Assembly (NCBI GenBank): GCA_012026835.1
Contig: VEPN01000016.1
Coordinates: 19,328 to 51,327 of the forward strand
Origin: Candidatus Methanoperedens sp.
GTDB taxonomy: Archaea > Halobacteriota > Methanosarcinia > Methanosarcinales > Methanoperedenaceae
Length of the DNA: 32,000 bases
Direction of reading: 5' to 3'
A program made the translations under genes and the position numbers. This document shows, one piece after another, positions 1 to 8,558 of the stretch; the stretch's first letter is position 1, and each line of letters starts with the position of its first letter. Under the pieces are notes generated by a model, which saw nothing but the letters and a program-made list of their open reading frames with translations, did not search any database and had not been told where the DNA came from.

Positions 1-61
1 GGCACTGGTTGCATGCTCTGGTCTCTCCAGCATATGCCTCCACCGGTGATATCCCGGCCAT
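1..61 (-). CDS. Possible 5' end of a gene running off the left edge (MAGISPVEAYAGETRACNQC...)
   Basis: A minus-strand ATG at 61 is open to the window edge. The first 60 nt are GC-richer and are followed by a 400-bp AT-rich intergenic region. Only 20 codons are visible and there is no clear SD. Confidence 0.3.
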   Translation of the reverse strand, partial: MAGISPVEAYAGETRACNQC

Positions 62-64
62 TAT

Positions 65-81
65 CAGTATTAAAAATACTG
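65..81. promoter_or_regulatory. Perfect 7-bp inverted repeat CAGTATT-aaa-AATACTG next to the putative divergent start
   Basis: Read directly from the sequence. It sits 4 nt upstream of the putative minus-strand ATG, so it could be an operator. No function is demonstrated. Confidence 0.2.
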
Positions 82-467
82 TTACACTTAATATATAGTT
101 AATCTTCAAATTATATACCTCCTTATTCTTTTAAATGCTATCAATGGTTGCCTGTTACGAACCTGATTGGGACTTCCAGGACACCATTTCCTGGTAGATC
201 ATTGATTTTATCCTGTTGTTTAAACCTGAGGCAACATCGGACAATAATAACTTATCTTAATATAAATAAACCGACAATTTATATATTTCAATTTTGTTTT
301 TTAAGGTTTAAATTAGCTTATTTTTGTTTATTATTGTCCATAGATAGTTTTTTTAGAAAAATAGCCTTAAAAAATGAATATCTACATCTCATACTCTTAA
401 ATGCCATCACATGCTTCATAGAACAGAATGATTAATATATCTTCCAATCAATTTTCGGGAGATTAAA

Positions 468-2066
468 ATGCCTGTTATTACATTATACTACGATGACCTT
501 GAAGACCTTTCAGGAATTGATAAAAATACACTTATTAAACGTATCCCGATGATGGGATGTGATATAGAACGAATAGGGGATGACCATATCGATATCGAGT
601 TCTTCCCCAACAGGCCAGACCTTTATAGCACAGAAGGGGTGGCGCGGGCGCTGCGGGGATTCCTTGGTATTGAGACGGGCATCCGGGAATACAAAACAGC
701 GCCATCAGGCATCGAAATAACAAAAGACAGGGAAATTGAAAAAATCCGCCCCTATTTTGCATGCGCAGTAATTCGTAATATGCAGTTCAATTCCAGAAGT
801 ATCGAATCCCTCATGGCCCTTCAGGAATCCCTTCACTGGGCAGTGGGCAGGAACCGCAGGAAAGTTTCAATAGGTGTGCATGACCTTGCAAGAATAAAAC
901 CGCCTTTCAGGTATATTGCGCAGTACCCGGGTTTTAAATTCACGCCTCTTGATTTTCAGGAACCTATGACTATGAGAGAAATCCTTGAGAAACATCCAAA
1001 AGGCATCAAATTTGCCAGTATACTGGAGAAATTTGATAAGTACCCGCTTATACTTGATTCAGAAGATAACGTGCTTTCATTCCCGCCTATAATTAACGGC
1101 GAACTTACGCGGGTAACTGAAGAGACCACTGACCTGCTTATTGAAGTCACAGGCCTTAGTCCCTCGGTGTCAACAGCACTGAACATCGTGGTTTCAGCGC
1201 TGGCAGAACGTGGGGGAAGGATAGAAACGGTTACGATTGACGGCGGAATGGAGACACCTCGGCTTGAGCCGGATATCATGGAACTCAAGAATAATGAAGT
1301 CGAGAAACTCATTGGCCTGAAATTCTCAAATGAAGAAATAATTACATGCCTTGAAAAGATGAGATACGGCGCAAGATCATCTGAGAATAAAATCGAGGTC
1401 GCAGTTCCGGCTTACCGTTCAGATATCCTCCACAACTGCGACCTTATCGAGGATATAGGCATAGGATATGGTTTCGATAAGATAAAACCGGAACTTCCCG
1501 CAACCTCAACAACAGGAAGTTCCCACCCGATATCAAAACTCAGGGATGCCCTGCGTGAAATAATGGTCGGCCTCGGTTATTTTGAAGTGATGCCTTTCAC
1601 ACTCACGAGCGATAGAGTCCAGTTCGAAATGATGCGCAGAGAAAAGGCAGAGGGTATTACTCATATCAAGTATCCCATAAGCGAAGACCATACCATCGTG
1701 CGCCACACAATTCTCCCGAACCTCCTGGAGATATTGTCAATAAACACGCACCGCGAACTCCCGCAGAGGATATTCGAAGCAGGTGAGGTTGTGCTGAACT
1801 GTAAGACTGAACAGCGCCTTGGTGCTGTCGCCATCCACCCGCAGGCCAATTTCACAGAGATACAGGCTGTTATGGATGCCGTGTTGAGGGAGAGGCGCAT
1901 GGAATACGAGGTCGCGGAGTCGGATGACCCGGCGTTCATTGAAGGAAGGAGGGCAGATATAATTATTAAAGGTGAAAAAGCAGGGGTCTTTGGCGAAATC
2001 CACCCGGAGGTTATCTCGAATTTCGGGCTGGAGCATCCGGTTATTGGGTTTGAGCTGGAACTGTAA
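468..2066 (+). CDS. pheT: Phenylalanine--tRNA ligase beta subunit, archaeal type
   Basis: The 532-aa ORF has an N-terminus ([14 protein letters not shown]...[40 protein letters not shown]) and length typical of archaeal PheRS beta. A GGGAGA SD lies upstream. Confidence 0.93.
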   Translation: MPVITLYYDDLEDLSGIDKNTLIKRIPMMGCDIERIGDDHIDIEFFPNRPDLYSTEGVARALRGFLGIETGIREYKTAPSGIEITKDREIEKIRPYFACAVIRNMQFNSRSIESLMALQESLHWAVGRNRRKVSIGVHDLARIKPPFRYIAQYPGFKFTPLDFQEPMTMREILEKHPKGIKFASILEKFDKYPLILDSEDNVLSFPPIINGELTRVTEETTDLLIEVTGLSPSVSTALNIVVSALAERGGRIETVTIDGGMETPRLEPDIMELKNNEVEKLIGLKFSNEEIITCLEKMRYGARSSENKIEVAVPAYRSDILHNCDLIEDIGIGYGFDKIKPELPATSTTGSSHPISKLRDALREIMVGLGYFEVMPFTLTSDRVQFEMMRREKAEGITHIKYPISEDHTIVRHTILPNLLEILSINTHRELPQRIFEAGEVVLNCKTEQRLGAVAIHPQANFTEIQAVMDAVLRERRMEYEVAESDDPAFIEGRRADIIIKGEKAGVFGEIHPEVISNFGLEHPVIGFELEL

Positions 2067-2110
2067 AGAAATGGTAAAACTTAAATAAGATTATTGTCTT
2101 ACATATTTTC

Positions 2111-2371
2111 ATGACGACTGTAACGGTTTCAAGTAAAGGGCAGATAGTAATCCCCAAAAAATTAAGGGAAACGTTAGGTTTAACAACTGGAAACAAACTG
2201 AAGGTCTTTCAGGAAAACAAAAAGATAATCCTGGTAATTGAGCCGGAAGTAAGGCCATCGGAATTATTTATCAGTGCTTCGCCCCATGCTGTTGATAAAG
2301 CCATGAAAACCTCCAGGAAAACCGATGAGGAGAAGATAAAAGGACTTCTGCATGATCTGGGAATAAAATGA
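2111..2371 (+). CDS. vapB: AbrB/SpoVT-fold antitoxin (VapB-like)
   Basis: The 86-aa protein carries the N-terminal SpoVT/AbrB swapped-hairpin signature (VTVSSKGQIVIPKKLRETLGL). It has a 4-nt ATGA overlap with the downstream PIN gene. Confidence 0.75.
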   Translation: MTTVTVSSKGQIVIPKKLRETLGLTTGNKLKVFQENKKIILVIEPEVRPSELFISASPHAVDKAMKTSRKTDEEKIKGLLHDLGIK

Positions 2372-2820
2372 TTGCAATAGACACTGGAGTCTGGATAGAA
2401 TATATCAACACCCGGGGAACCTTACATCCTCAGGCAAAAGCCGTAATCGATTCTGTAAATCGGGGAGGAACTACTGCTATTTTGACCCCATTGACGTTGA
2501 CTGAAATATATTATGTTGCAGGAAGAGTATATCACGAAGTACATGCACAGTCAAAATCTGAAATCCTTGCAAGGAAACTCTATGATTTCGTACATTACCA
2601 CCCGTATGTAGAAATAAAACCCTTGGATTACGAGCTCTGTCTGAATGCTGCTATTATAAAAAGCAGATATAATATTGCATTTTCAGATTGCTTCTTGCTT
2701 GCTCTATCTGAAAATGATAACGTAGCAGTTTTATTTAAAAATGTCGAAAGCGAGATGAAGCAGAACATAAAAGAATTAAATAAACATTTTAATCTTAAAT
2801 TTTTGGAAAATTATTCGTGA
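2368..2820 (+). CDS. vapC: PIN-domain ribonuclease toxin (VapC-like)
   Basis: The 150-aa protein starts MIAIDTGVWIEY (conserved Asp near the N-terminus) and has later acidic residues (FSDCFLLAL). It is translationally coupled to the antitoxin. Confidence 0.8.
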   Translation: MIAIDTGVWIEYINTRGTLHPQAKAVIDSVNRGGTTAILTPLTLTEIYYVAGRVYHEVHAQSKSEILARKLYDFVHYHPYVEIKPLDYELCLNAAIIKSRYNIAFSDCFLLALSENDNVAVLFKNVESEMKQNIKELNKHFNLKFLENYS

Positions 2821-2923
2821 TATGTCCAGGTACTCTTTGGCTGAATCATACCTTTTTTATAGGAGAAGGAATATCAGGGGGATACACTGCACATACCACA
2901 TGAGAAAGTTTGTCGTGTTGGGT

Positions 2924-2995
2924 GCCAAGGTGGCGGAACGGCTACGCAATCGCCTGCAGAGCGATTCCATTCCGGTTCGAATCCGGACCTTGGCT
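2924..2995 (+). tRNA. tRNA-Cys (GCA)
   Basis: Manual cloverleaf fold: acceptor GCCAAGG/CCTTGGC, anticodon stem ATCGC/GCGAT with loop CTGCAGA (anticodon GCA), T-arm TCCGG-TTCGAAT-CCGGA. No CCA is encoded and a T-run follows. Confidence 0.9.
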
Positions 2996-2997
2996 TT

Positions 2998-3855
2998 TTA
3001 CATCTTTTTCTGGCAGCCTGAATTATTCCCTGGATATAGATCAGCCCTTTCCCATATGGCAAAGAATCTCTTCCTGAGCTCTTCTGCAAGCTTTGCATCT
3101 CTTACGTTGACAACTGCAAAAAGCTCATCCGGGTCAAGCGGGTTCAGCATCTGGAGGAGAACGTTTTCCCTGTCTATTATATGAAATGGTGTTGCAGGTA
3201 TTGCAGCAAGCCTGCAATTGAATTCATTACCCATGTGCTCCAGAAGTTTTTTAATTGCAGAAGAATCCTCAACCACGCTGAAATCCACATCCTTGTTAAG
3301 AATTGCTTTGATATCTATCCCTTTATTAAGCGCTTCATGGACAGAGCTAATAATCCCGGGTAATTTTTCAATCTTCAATTTGTTCTTAAGCCTTTCGGAC
3401 GTCGTACGGGAAGCCATGAAAAACAATATTTCCGCCCTGGCGCCCAGTATGCACTCCTGTACAAGCTCCTCGGATTTATCCCCTATGGCAACGGTCCAGA
3501 AGGATTTTGTGGGTGTAGCTGTTTTAACGCGGGAAAGTCCTGAAATAAGATCATTTGCAAGCGCTTCCATTTCTGCGCCAGTGCGCTTTAGTTCTTCATG
3601 TTTATTTTTTATAAGCCTCTCAAGAGCAGCAGAAGGTTCAACGCATGTATATCTTCTCGGGCGCGTATCCTGTGCCCGGACAAGGCGGGATTCCTCAAGG
3701 TCTGAAAGCACGCTATATATCCGTCCCATCGGTATCCTGGCCTTGCTTGCTATCTCATCCGCTTCCGCATCACCGAGTTCAAGAAGAGCGATATACGCCT
3801 GCGATTCATATCCTGTAAGCCCGAGTTTTTTAAGTTTTTCTATCACGCAGGACAA
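2998..3855 (-). CDS. TrmB-family transcriptional regulator
   Basis: The 285-aa protein has the typical TrmB N-terminal wHTH (KLGLTGYESQAYIALLELGDAEADEIASKARIPMGRIYSVLSDLEESRLV). Its stop lies 3 nt from the tRNA-Cys 3' end, in convergent orientation. Confidence 0.85.
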   Translation of the reverse strand: MSCVIEKLKKLGLTGYESQAYIALLELGDAEADEIASKARIPMGRIYSVLSDLEESRLVRAQDTRPRRYTCVEPSAALERLIKNKHEELKRTGAEMEALANDLISGLSRVKTATPTKSFWTVAIGDKSEELVQECILGARAEILFFMASRTTSERLKNKLKIEKLPGIISSVHEALNKGIDIKAILNKDVDFSVVEDSSAIKKLLEHMGNEFNCRLAAIPATPFHIIDRENVLLQMLNPLDPDELFAVVNVRDAKLAEELRKRFFAIWERADLYPGNNSGCQKKM

Positions 3856-3957
3856 TTTTCCACCAAGATATTTAAAGCTTTTGAATTAAACCACTTTTGG
3901 GTTGTTTAAAGTGCAAAGCTTTAATACCCTCATTGACAATAGGGAAAGCTGAACAAA

Positions 3958-5136
3958 ATGCCAGACTTCCTTGAAACAAACCTGAAAAGACTTGCCGAGA
4001 TTCAGAGAAAACACACGAGATTACTTGCTGTTCTGGTAGTTCTCATAACTATTTTTCTGGGCATCGGGCTCAAGGACCTGACCATAAATTCTGATATCAG
4101 GCAGGAGATGCCCACAGAGCTGCCTATATTCAAACTCAATGACAAGATAGCCGATAAATTTGGCGGGGAAGATATCGTTGTCATAGCTGTATATCTGGAT
4201 GAAACTGTGGATTCAAAAAATGCAGTCAGGGATATCCGCGATCCGCGTGTAATACGGTCTCTCATGCTGCTGGAGAACAGCCTGCGGGACGAGGGAAGCG
4301 TCACCAGTTTATCTTCGCCCGCAAGTTTTTTCAGGGGCAGGAAGACCATTACGGACGGGGATATCACTGAAATGATGCATAGTCCCCAGGCAGAGGCTTT
4401 CTTCAGCCGTGATTACAAGATGACCCTGATGTATATTACAGCAGATATAGGCACGGGGGAAGAGAAAATCCAGGACTTTAACAGGCTTATCGGGCAGCAG
4501 ATTGAATCTACCCCAAAGCCCACAGGTGTAAAATTCGGCATCACGGGCGCGCCAATTCTCAGGATGACTATTTTTGACCTGCTCAAGAGAGACGCAGCAT
4601 TTACCCTGGTAGTTGCCGCCGTCTTCATATTACTTCTACTTTTTGTGATGCAGCGATCTTATTCGCAGGGGCTTCTGGTATTTATCCCCCTTTCCCTCGG
4701 CCTGATATGGACCATGGGTACCCTCGGATGGCTCGGTATATCACTCTCTATTGCCACGGTGGGCTTAAGTTCCATGATTATGGGCCTTGGCGTTGAGTAC
4801 GGGGTATTCGTAGTAAGCAGGTACAAGGAAGAACGCGCAAAGAAGGTAAGCCAGCTTGAATCCATGCAGACCACGGTACACGGGATAGGCACCGCCGTCA
4901 TCGGCTCGGGGCTGACGACTATAGTGGGTTTTGGTGTGCTCTCTTTCACATCACTCCCGATGATACAGCACTTCGGCCAGACGCTGGCCCTTGGAATTGC
5001 TTACTGTCTTCTTGCAGCGCTTTTTGCAAATCCCGTATTGATCCTGCTGGAAGAGGACTATGAATACTGGAATACGCAGAGAAAGCTTGGGAAGCTTGCT
5101 GCCAGAAGAGATGAACATATTATGAGGGGAAGGTAA
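3958..5136 (+). CDS. RND-superfamily/MMPL-domain exporter, first half-transporter
   Basis: The 392-aa protein has an N-terminal TM helix, a roughly 170-aa extracytoplasmic domain, then a 5-TM bundle (GLGVEYGVFVVSRYKEE). This is the COG1033-type predicted exporter architecture. Confidence 0.85.
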   Translation: MPDFLETNLKRLAEIQRKHTRLLAVLVVLITIFLGIGLKDLTINSDIRQEMPTELPIFKLNDKIADKFGGEDIVVIAVYLDETVDSKNAVRDIRDPRVIRSLMLLENSLRDEGSVTSLSSPASFFRGRKTITDGDITEMMHSPQAEAFFSRDYKMTLMYITADIGTGEEKIQDFNRLIGQQIESTPKPTGVKFGITGAPILRMTIFDLLKRDAAFTLVVAAVFILLLLFVMQRSYSQGLLVFIPLSLGLIWTMGTLGWLGISLSIATVGLSSMIMGLGVEYGVFVVSRYKEERAKKVSQLESMQTTVHGIGTAVIGSGLTTIVGFGVLSFTSLPMIQHFGQTLALGIAYCLLAALFANPVLILLEEDYEYWNTQRKLGKLAARRDEHIMRGR

Positions 5137-6285
5137 ATGATACAGAAACTCCTTCGGAAATATTCGGGCTTTGTGACCCGCAGGCCGTTTGTCGTATTGA
5201 TATTTGTTCTTCTTGTCACGGTGTTTGCAATCCAGATGTCCGGCACCATACAAACACGCACAACAGAGATGAAAGACTTTCTTCCAAAGGATGTGGAAGC
5301 AATAGGTACGCTTTTTAAAATAGAGGACGAGTTCGGGAGCACGAACATCGTGAATCTTGTTGTAGAAGTAGATCCTCAATATACAGGATCGGACGAGGTA
5401 TCGGATGTAAGGGATCCGAGAGTGATGCGATATATGAACCAGCTTTCGGACATTGCGCTTCAGACGGAGGATGTACTGGAAGTCACAAGTCCTGCATCGG
5501 TCCTGAAAAGCATCAATGGCGGGCTTTTGCCCCAATCCATCAGGGAAATACGTGAGATGACGTATAAAAACGGGCTGCTTGACAGCTATATAAGTAAAGA
5601 TTACGCTACCGCTCTTGTAAGAATTAGAACGACCGACGATGTTGATCTTAATAATCTTGAACAGGAACTCAGCAAAATCATAACCCAGGTGCCAAAGCCG
5701 CCGGGCATCAAAACAAGCCTCGGTGGCAGTGTAATGGAAAGCCAGATAATGGAAAAATCTATCGGGCCGGATATGGCAAAAACATCATTATATTCGCTTA
5801 TCGGGATTCTGATGGTAATACTCCTGATTTTCCGCTCGATCAAATACGGTTTCACACCGATGACAACAATAATATTCGGAAGCATCTGGGCGATGGGTTA
5901 TGTGGGTCTTATAGGGATGGGATTGACCTCTGAGACATCAGGTGTTTTATCCATGATTATGGGAATCGGGATAGATTTCGGGATACAGGTCGTCACAAGA
6001 TACAGGCTTGAGCTTCCCGGGAAATCGCCTGAAGAGGCAATGATGATTTCACTTGACAATGTGATAATCCCAATGTCAACAACGACTCTTGCAGCACTTA
6101 TTGGTTTCGGGGCTATGTCCCTTGGCAAGCTGACTTTCCTGGCCGATATGGGAACGATGATGGGCTACGGTGTCGTGGCAAGCATGTTTGCTGCAATCAC
6201 AGTGGTTCCTGCACTTATAGTAATAATTGATAAAATCAATATAAAAGATATGTATAAAAATTTAACGAACAGATTTGAGGTATGA
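5137..6285 (+). CDS. RND-superfamily/MMPL-domain exporter, second half-transporter
   Basis: The 382-aa protein has the same architecture as the upstream gene (GIGIDFGIQVVTRYRLE). Its ATG directly abuts the upstream TAA (TAAATG). Confidence 0.85.
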   Translation: MIQKLLRKYSGFVTRRPFVVLIFVLLVTVFAIQMSGTIQTRTTEMKDFLPKDVEAIGTLFKIEDEFGSTNIVNLVVEVDPQYTGSDEVSDVRDPRVMRYMNQLSDIALQTEDVLEVTSPASVLKSINGGLLPQSIREIREMTYKNGLLDSYISKDYATALVRIRTTDDVDLNNLEQELSKIITQVPKPPGIKTSLGGSVMESQIMEKSIGPDMAKTSLYSLIGILMVILLIFRSIKYGFTPMTTIIFGSIWAMGYVGLIGMGLTSETSGVLSMIMGIGIDFGIQVVTRYRLELPGKSPEEAMMISLDNVIIPMSTTTLAALIGFGAMSLGKLTFLADMGTMMGYGVVASMFAAITVVPALIVIIDKINIKDMYKNLTNRFEV

Positions 6286-7526
6286 ACATGAGAAGCAAAT
6301 TATTTCTAATAACAGGTATGCTGATACTTCTTTTATCAGCCGCGTCTCCGGCCCTGGGTGTCCCGATTACGACAGCTACAGGAAGCAAGGTGCAGATGAA
6401 TTTCATGTACCAGGATCCCGACCCTGCCGAGGCCGGAAAGTACATAGACCTGAGATGGCAGGTCGTAAATACTGTGGGGGGAACACTGGATAACCTGAGG
6501 TTCCGCCTTGAGGCCGGGTATCCATTTTTATTTGAGGCCGGCGACAGCCCGGATAAGTACCTGGGTACATCGGCCGGGACAAACGATAAAGAGGTTTATT
6601 ATGTCCTGCATTACAAACTCAAGGTAGCAGACAACGCCCTTAAAGGGACATACAATGTAACCCTTGGATGGACAACGGGTGAAGGATGGACAAAAAAAGA
6701 CTTTCCCATTTACATCGACCCCAAACAATCCGATTTCGTAGTTGGGACACTTGTGACCTCGCCCGAAAAGCTGATAGCTGACACGGATGAAGCAAAGCTG
6801 TCCGTGGATATAGACAATATTGGAAAAGGAAATGCTGAGAACGTCAAAGTCAAACTTTTACTGCCGCAGGGTTTCAAGCCGACATACAGCTATTCAGATG
6901 AAGACAGTCTTGGCATAATCGAAAAGGGCGGCAGTAAAGAGGCAACTTTCTATGTGGATATCGACGAGAATATAACAGACGGGGAATATGATGCAAAACT
7001 TGACATCACTTACAGGGATGAAAATGATGAGACAAACCAGTACAGGACAAAAACACTTGACCTTAAGCTCCCTATCAAACCTGCCCCGCGTCTTGTAGTG
7101 GATTCAGTTTCATCCACTCCGGTAAACCTTGTGCCCGGAAGCAAAGCTGATATCCTTATCAAAGTCAGGAACAACGGCAATGAGAAAGCAGAAACTGTTT
7201 CTCTGCGTGTTTTCAAGGATTCATCGCAACCTTTTGAGTTCAGTGAGAAATCAGACTTCGTAGGAAAACTGGAGCCAGGCGAAAGCGGCGATGCAGTGAT
7301 AAAATTGACTGTTGATAGCGATGCTGCACCAAAGAAGTACCTGCTTGATGTGGAATTAAGAGGTATCGATCAGAAAGAGAATGTGGTGAGATTCAGCAGG
7401 ACAGTACCATTAACAGTGGTCGCAGAAACCGGGTCGTCCCTTAATGCCGGTTTGCTGGGAGTGCTCGTGGTTATACTCGGTATAATAGGAGTTGTATTTT
7501 ATTTGAAAAATGGAAAAAAATTATAA
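6282..7526 (+). CDS. Secreted CARDB/S-layer-like (COG1361-type) beta-rich protein with C-terminal membrane anchor
   Basis: The 414-aa protein has a signal peptide (LLLSAASPALG), repeated NxGxxxAENV/NNGNEKAETV CARDB-like motifs and a C-terminal TM (LLGVLVVILGIIGVVFYL). It overlaps the exporter gene by ATGA. Confidence 0.7.
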   Translation: MNMRSKLFLITGMLILLLSAASPALGVPITTATGSKVQMNFMYQDPDPAEAGKYIDLRWQVVNTVGGTLDNLRFRLEAGYPFLFEAGDSPDKYLGTSAGTNDKEVYYVLHYKLKVADNALKGTYNVTLGWTTGEGWTKKDFPIYIDPKQSDFVVGTLVTSPEKLIADTDEAKLSVDIDNIGKGNAENVKVKLLLPQGFKPTYSYSDEDSLGIIEKGGSKEATFYVDIDENITDGEYDAKLDITYRDENDETNQYRTKTLDLKLPIKPAPRLVVDSVSSTPVNLVPGSKADILIKVRNNGNEKAETVSLRVFKDSSQPFEFSEKSDFVGKLEPGESGDAVIKLTVDSDAAPKKYLLDVELRGIDQKENVVRFSRTVPLTVVAETGSSLNAGLLGVLVVILGIIGVVFYLKNGKKL

Positions 7527-7535
7527 TTTTTTTAT
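7527..7535 (+). terminator. Oligo-T tract after the exporter operon
   Basis: TTTTTTTAT follows the stop codon directly. Archaeal termination typically uses oligo-T. Confidence 0.3.
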
Positions 7536-7673
7536 AATTTCAATTATAACTCTCCGGCATGAATTGAATCTGTCAAATTCAATGCAAGAATATATATCCA
7601 TGCGTAGAGCACAGGATAACTGGCAGCAGTAACAAAAATATAATTATCTATCTATAACCAGTGTCCAATAATT

Positions 7674-8558
7674 ATGCACCTTGCAGATCCATACAATATC
7701 ACTTATAGAGGTATATACGCCGTTGCAGACAGGAAAAACGAACTTGTGGAATTAATGGAACATTCCAACTGCTTCGGCGGTTCAGCATGGGCGCTGTACC
7801 ATTATTCCAAAAGCCCGCTTGTTATTAAAAGCCGGGCAGTAGGGGATATGATGCGCTATCTTGTCAGGACTGGTAACTCAAATCTTGCACTACAATCCTC
7901 GGTAGCCGCCGCGGGCATCGAATCTGTCCTCGTGAACGGTGATGAGATCGAGATAACATACAGCGGCCTCGGAGGAGGTGGCGTCGGCGCGACGACATGC
8001 AGGGCTTATGCAAGCGGGGTTCTGCGCTGCCGGATATCGGAGTCGGGCGGGGGAAAGCGCGCAAGCGGAACCATCGTCGTACCGAGGAGGGAACGGGTGC
8101 TTGTGGGAATAGATAACACAGACTCAAAAGAGGTGGGGGCAACGTGGACACTTGCCCATAATATCGCGGATGCTGTTGATTCCATAGAACACAAATACAT
8201 CTCGCATACGCTTGTCCAGCTCTATCCGGTTCCGGACAAGACCCAGAACTGTGTGGCGACGGTGCTTGAATTTGCATGCATCGATGGTGCCAGGAACGAA
8301 TTAATTGAAAAAATAAAAGAAGGGCTTCTTGAATACAGCGTGTCACCCGAAACCGGGATGGTAGCATTGTCTGATTTTGATGCCTCGGCGCTTATGGACT
8401 ATAGCAGGCTTTGCAGGAGCGGGATGATAACAAAGGAGCTTACGATAAAAACCGCGAAGGAAAATGGTGTCGATATCTGCATCGACGGCAAAGGAACCAT
8501 CGGCGCCCTTGCAGCGCTTCCGTGGTTCTCGCGGAATTTCGAATCAGTGGTTCTATGA
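7674..8558 (+). CDS. Protein with a TiaS-N-terminal-like (DUF1743-like) domain; possibly methanogenesis marker protein 11
   Basis: The 294-aa ORF has a central motif VLVGIDNTDSKEVGATWTLAHNIA that resembles the GIDDTDS nucleotide-binding motif at the TiaS N-terminus. The marker-11 assignment is from memory and is unverified. Confidence 0.55.
   Translation: MHLADPYNITYRGIYAVADRKNELVELMEHSNCFGGSAWALYHYSKSPLVIKSRAVGDMMRYLVRTGNSNLALQSSVAAAGIESVLVNGDEIEITYSGLGGGGVGATTCRAYASGVLRCRISESGGGKRASGTIVVPRRERVLVGIDNTDSKEVGATWTLAHNIADAVDSIEHKYISHTLVQLYPVPDKTQNCVATVLEFACIDGARNELIEKIKEGLLEYSVSPETGMVALSDFDASALMDYSRLCRSGMITKELTIKTAKENGVDICIDGKGTIGALAALPWFSRNFESVVL

Noticed and set aside
148-435. 95-aa ORF in the AT-rich region upstream of pheT
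   Set aside because: The translation is low-complexity and Leu/Ile/Phe-rich, as expected from AT-rich non-coding DNA. It has no SD and no recognisable motif.
2822-3184. 120-aa plus-strand ORF
   Set aside because: It runs straight through tRNA-Cys and is antisense to the well-supported TrmB gene.
3218-3889. 223-aa ORF antisense to the TrmB regulator. Similar long antisense ORFs occur at 4951-5535, 13360-13990, 17985-19312, 19489-19977, 22265-22939, 25221-25772 and 29617-30081.
   Set aside because: These are shadow ORFs opposite genes with clear family motifs. Their translations are Ser/Arg/Leu-rich with no motifs.
8411-8554. Upstream extension of the IorA-like ORF given in the ORF track
   Set aside because: The extension overlaps the preceding gene by 148 nt and encodes an Arg/His-rich junk-like peptide. 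ATG 8555 gives a canonical ATGA coupling and a family-typical N-terminus.
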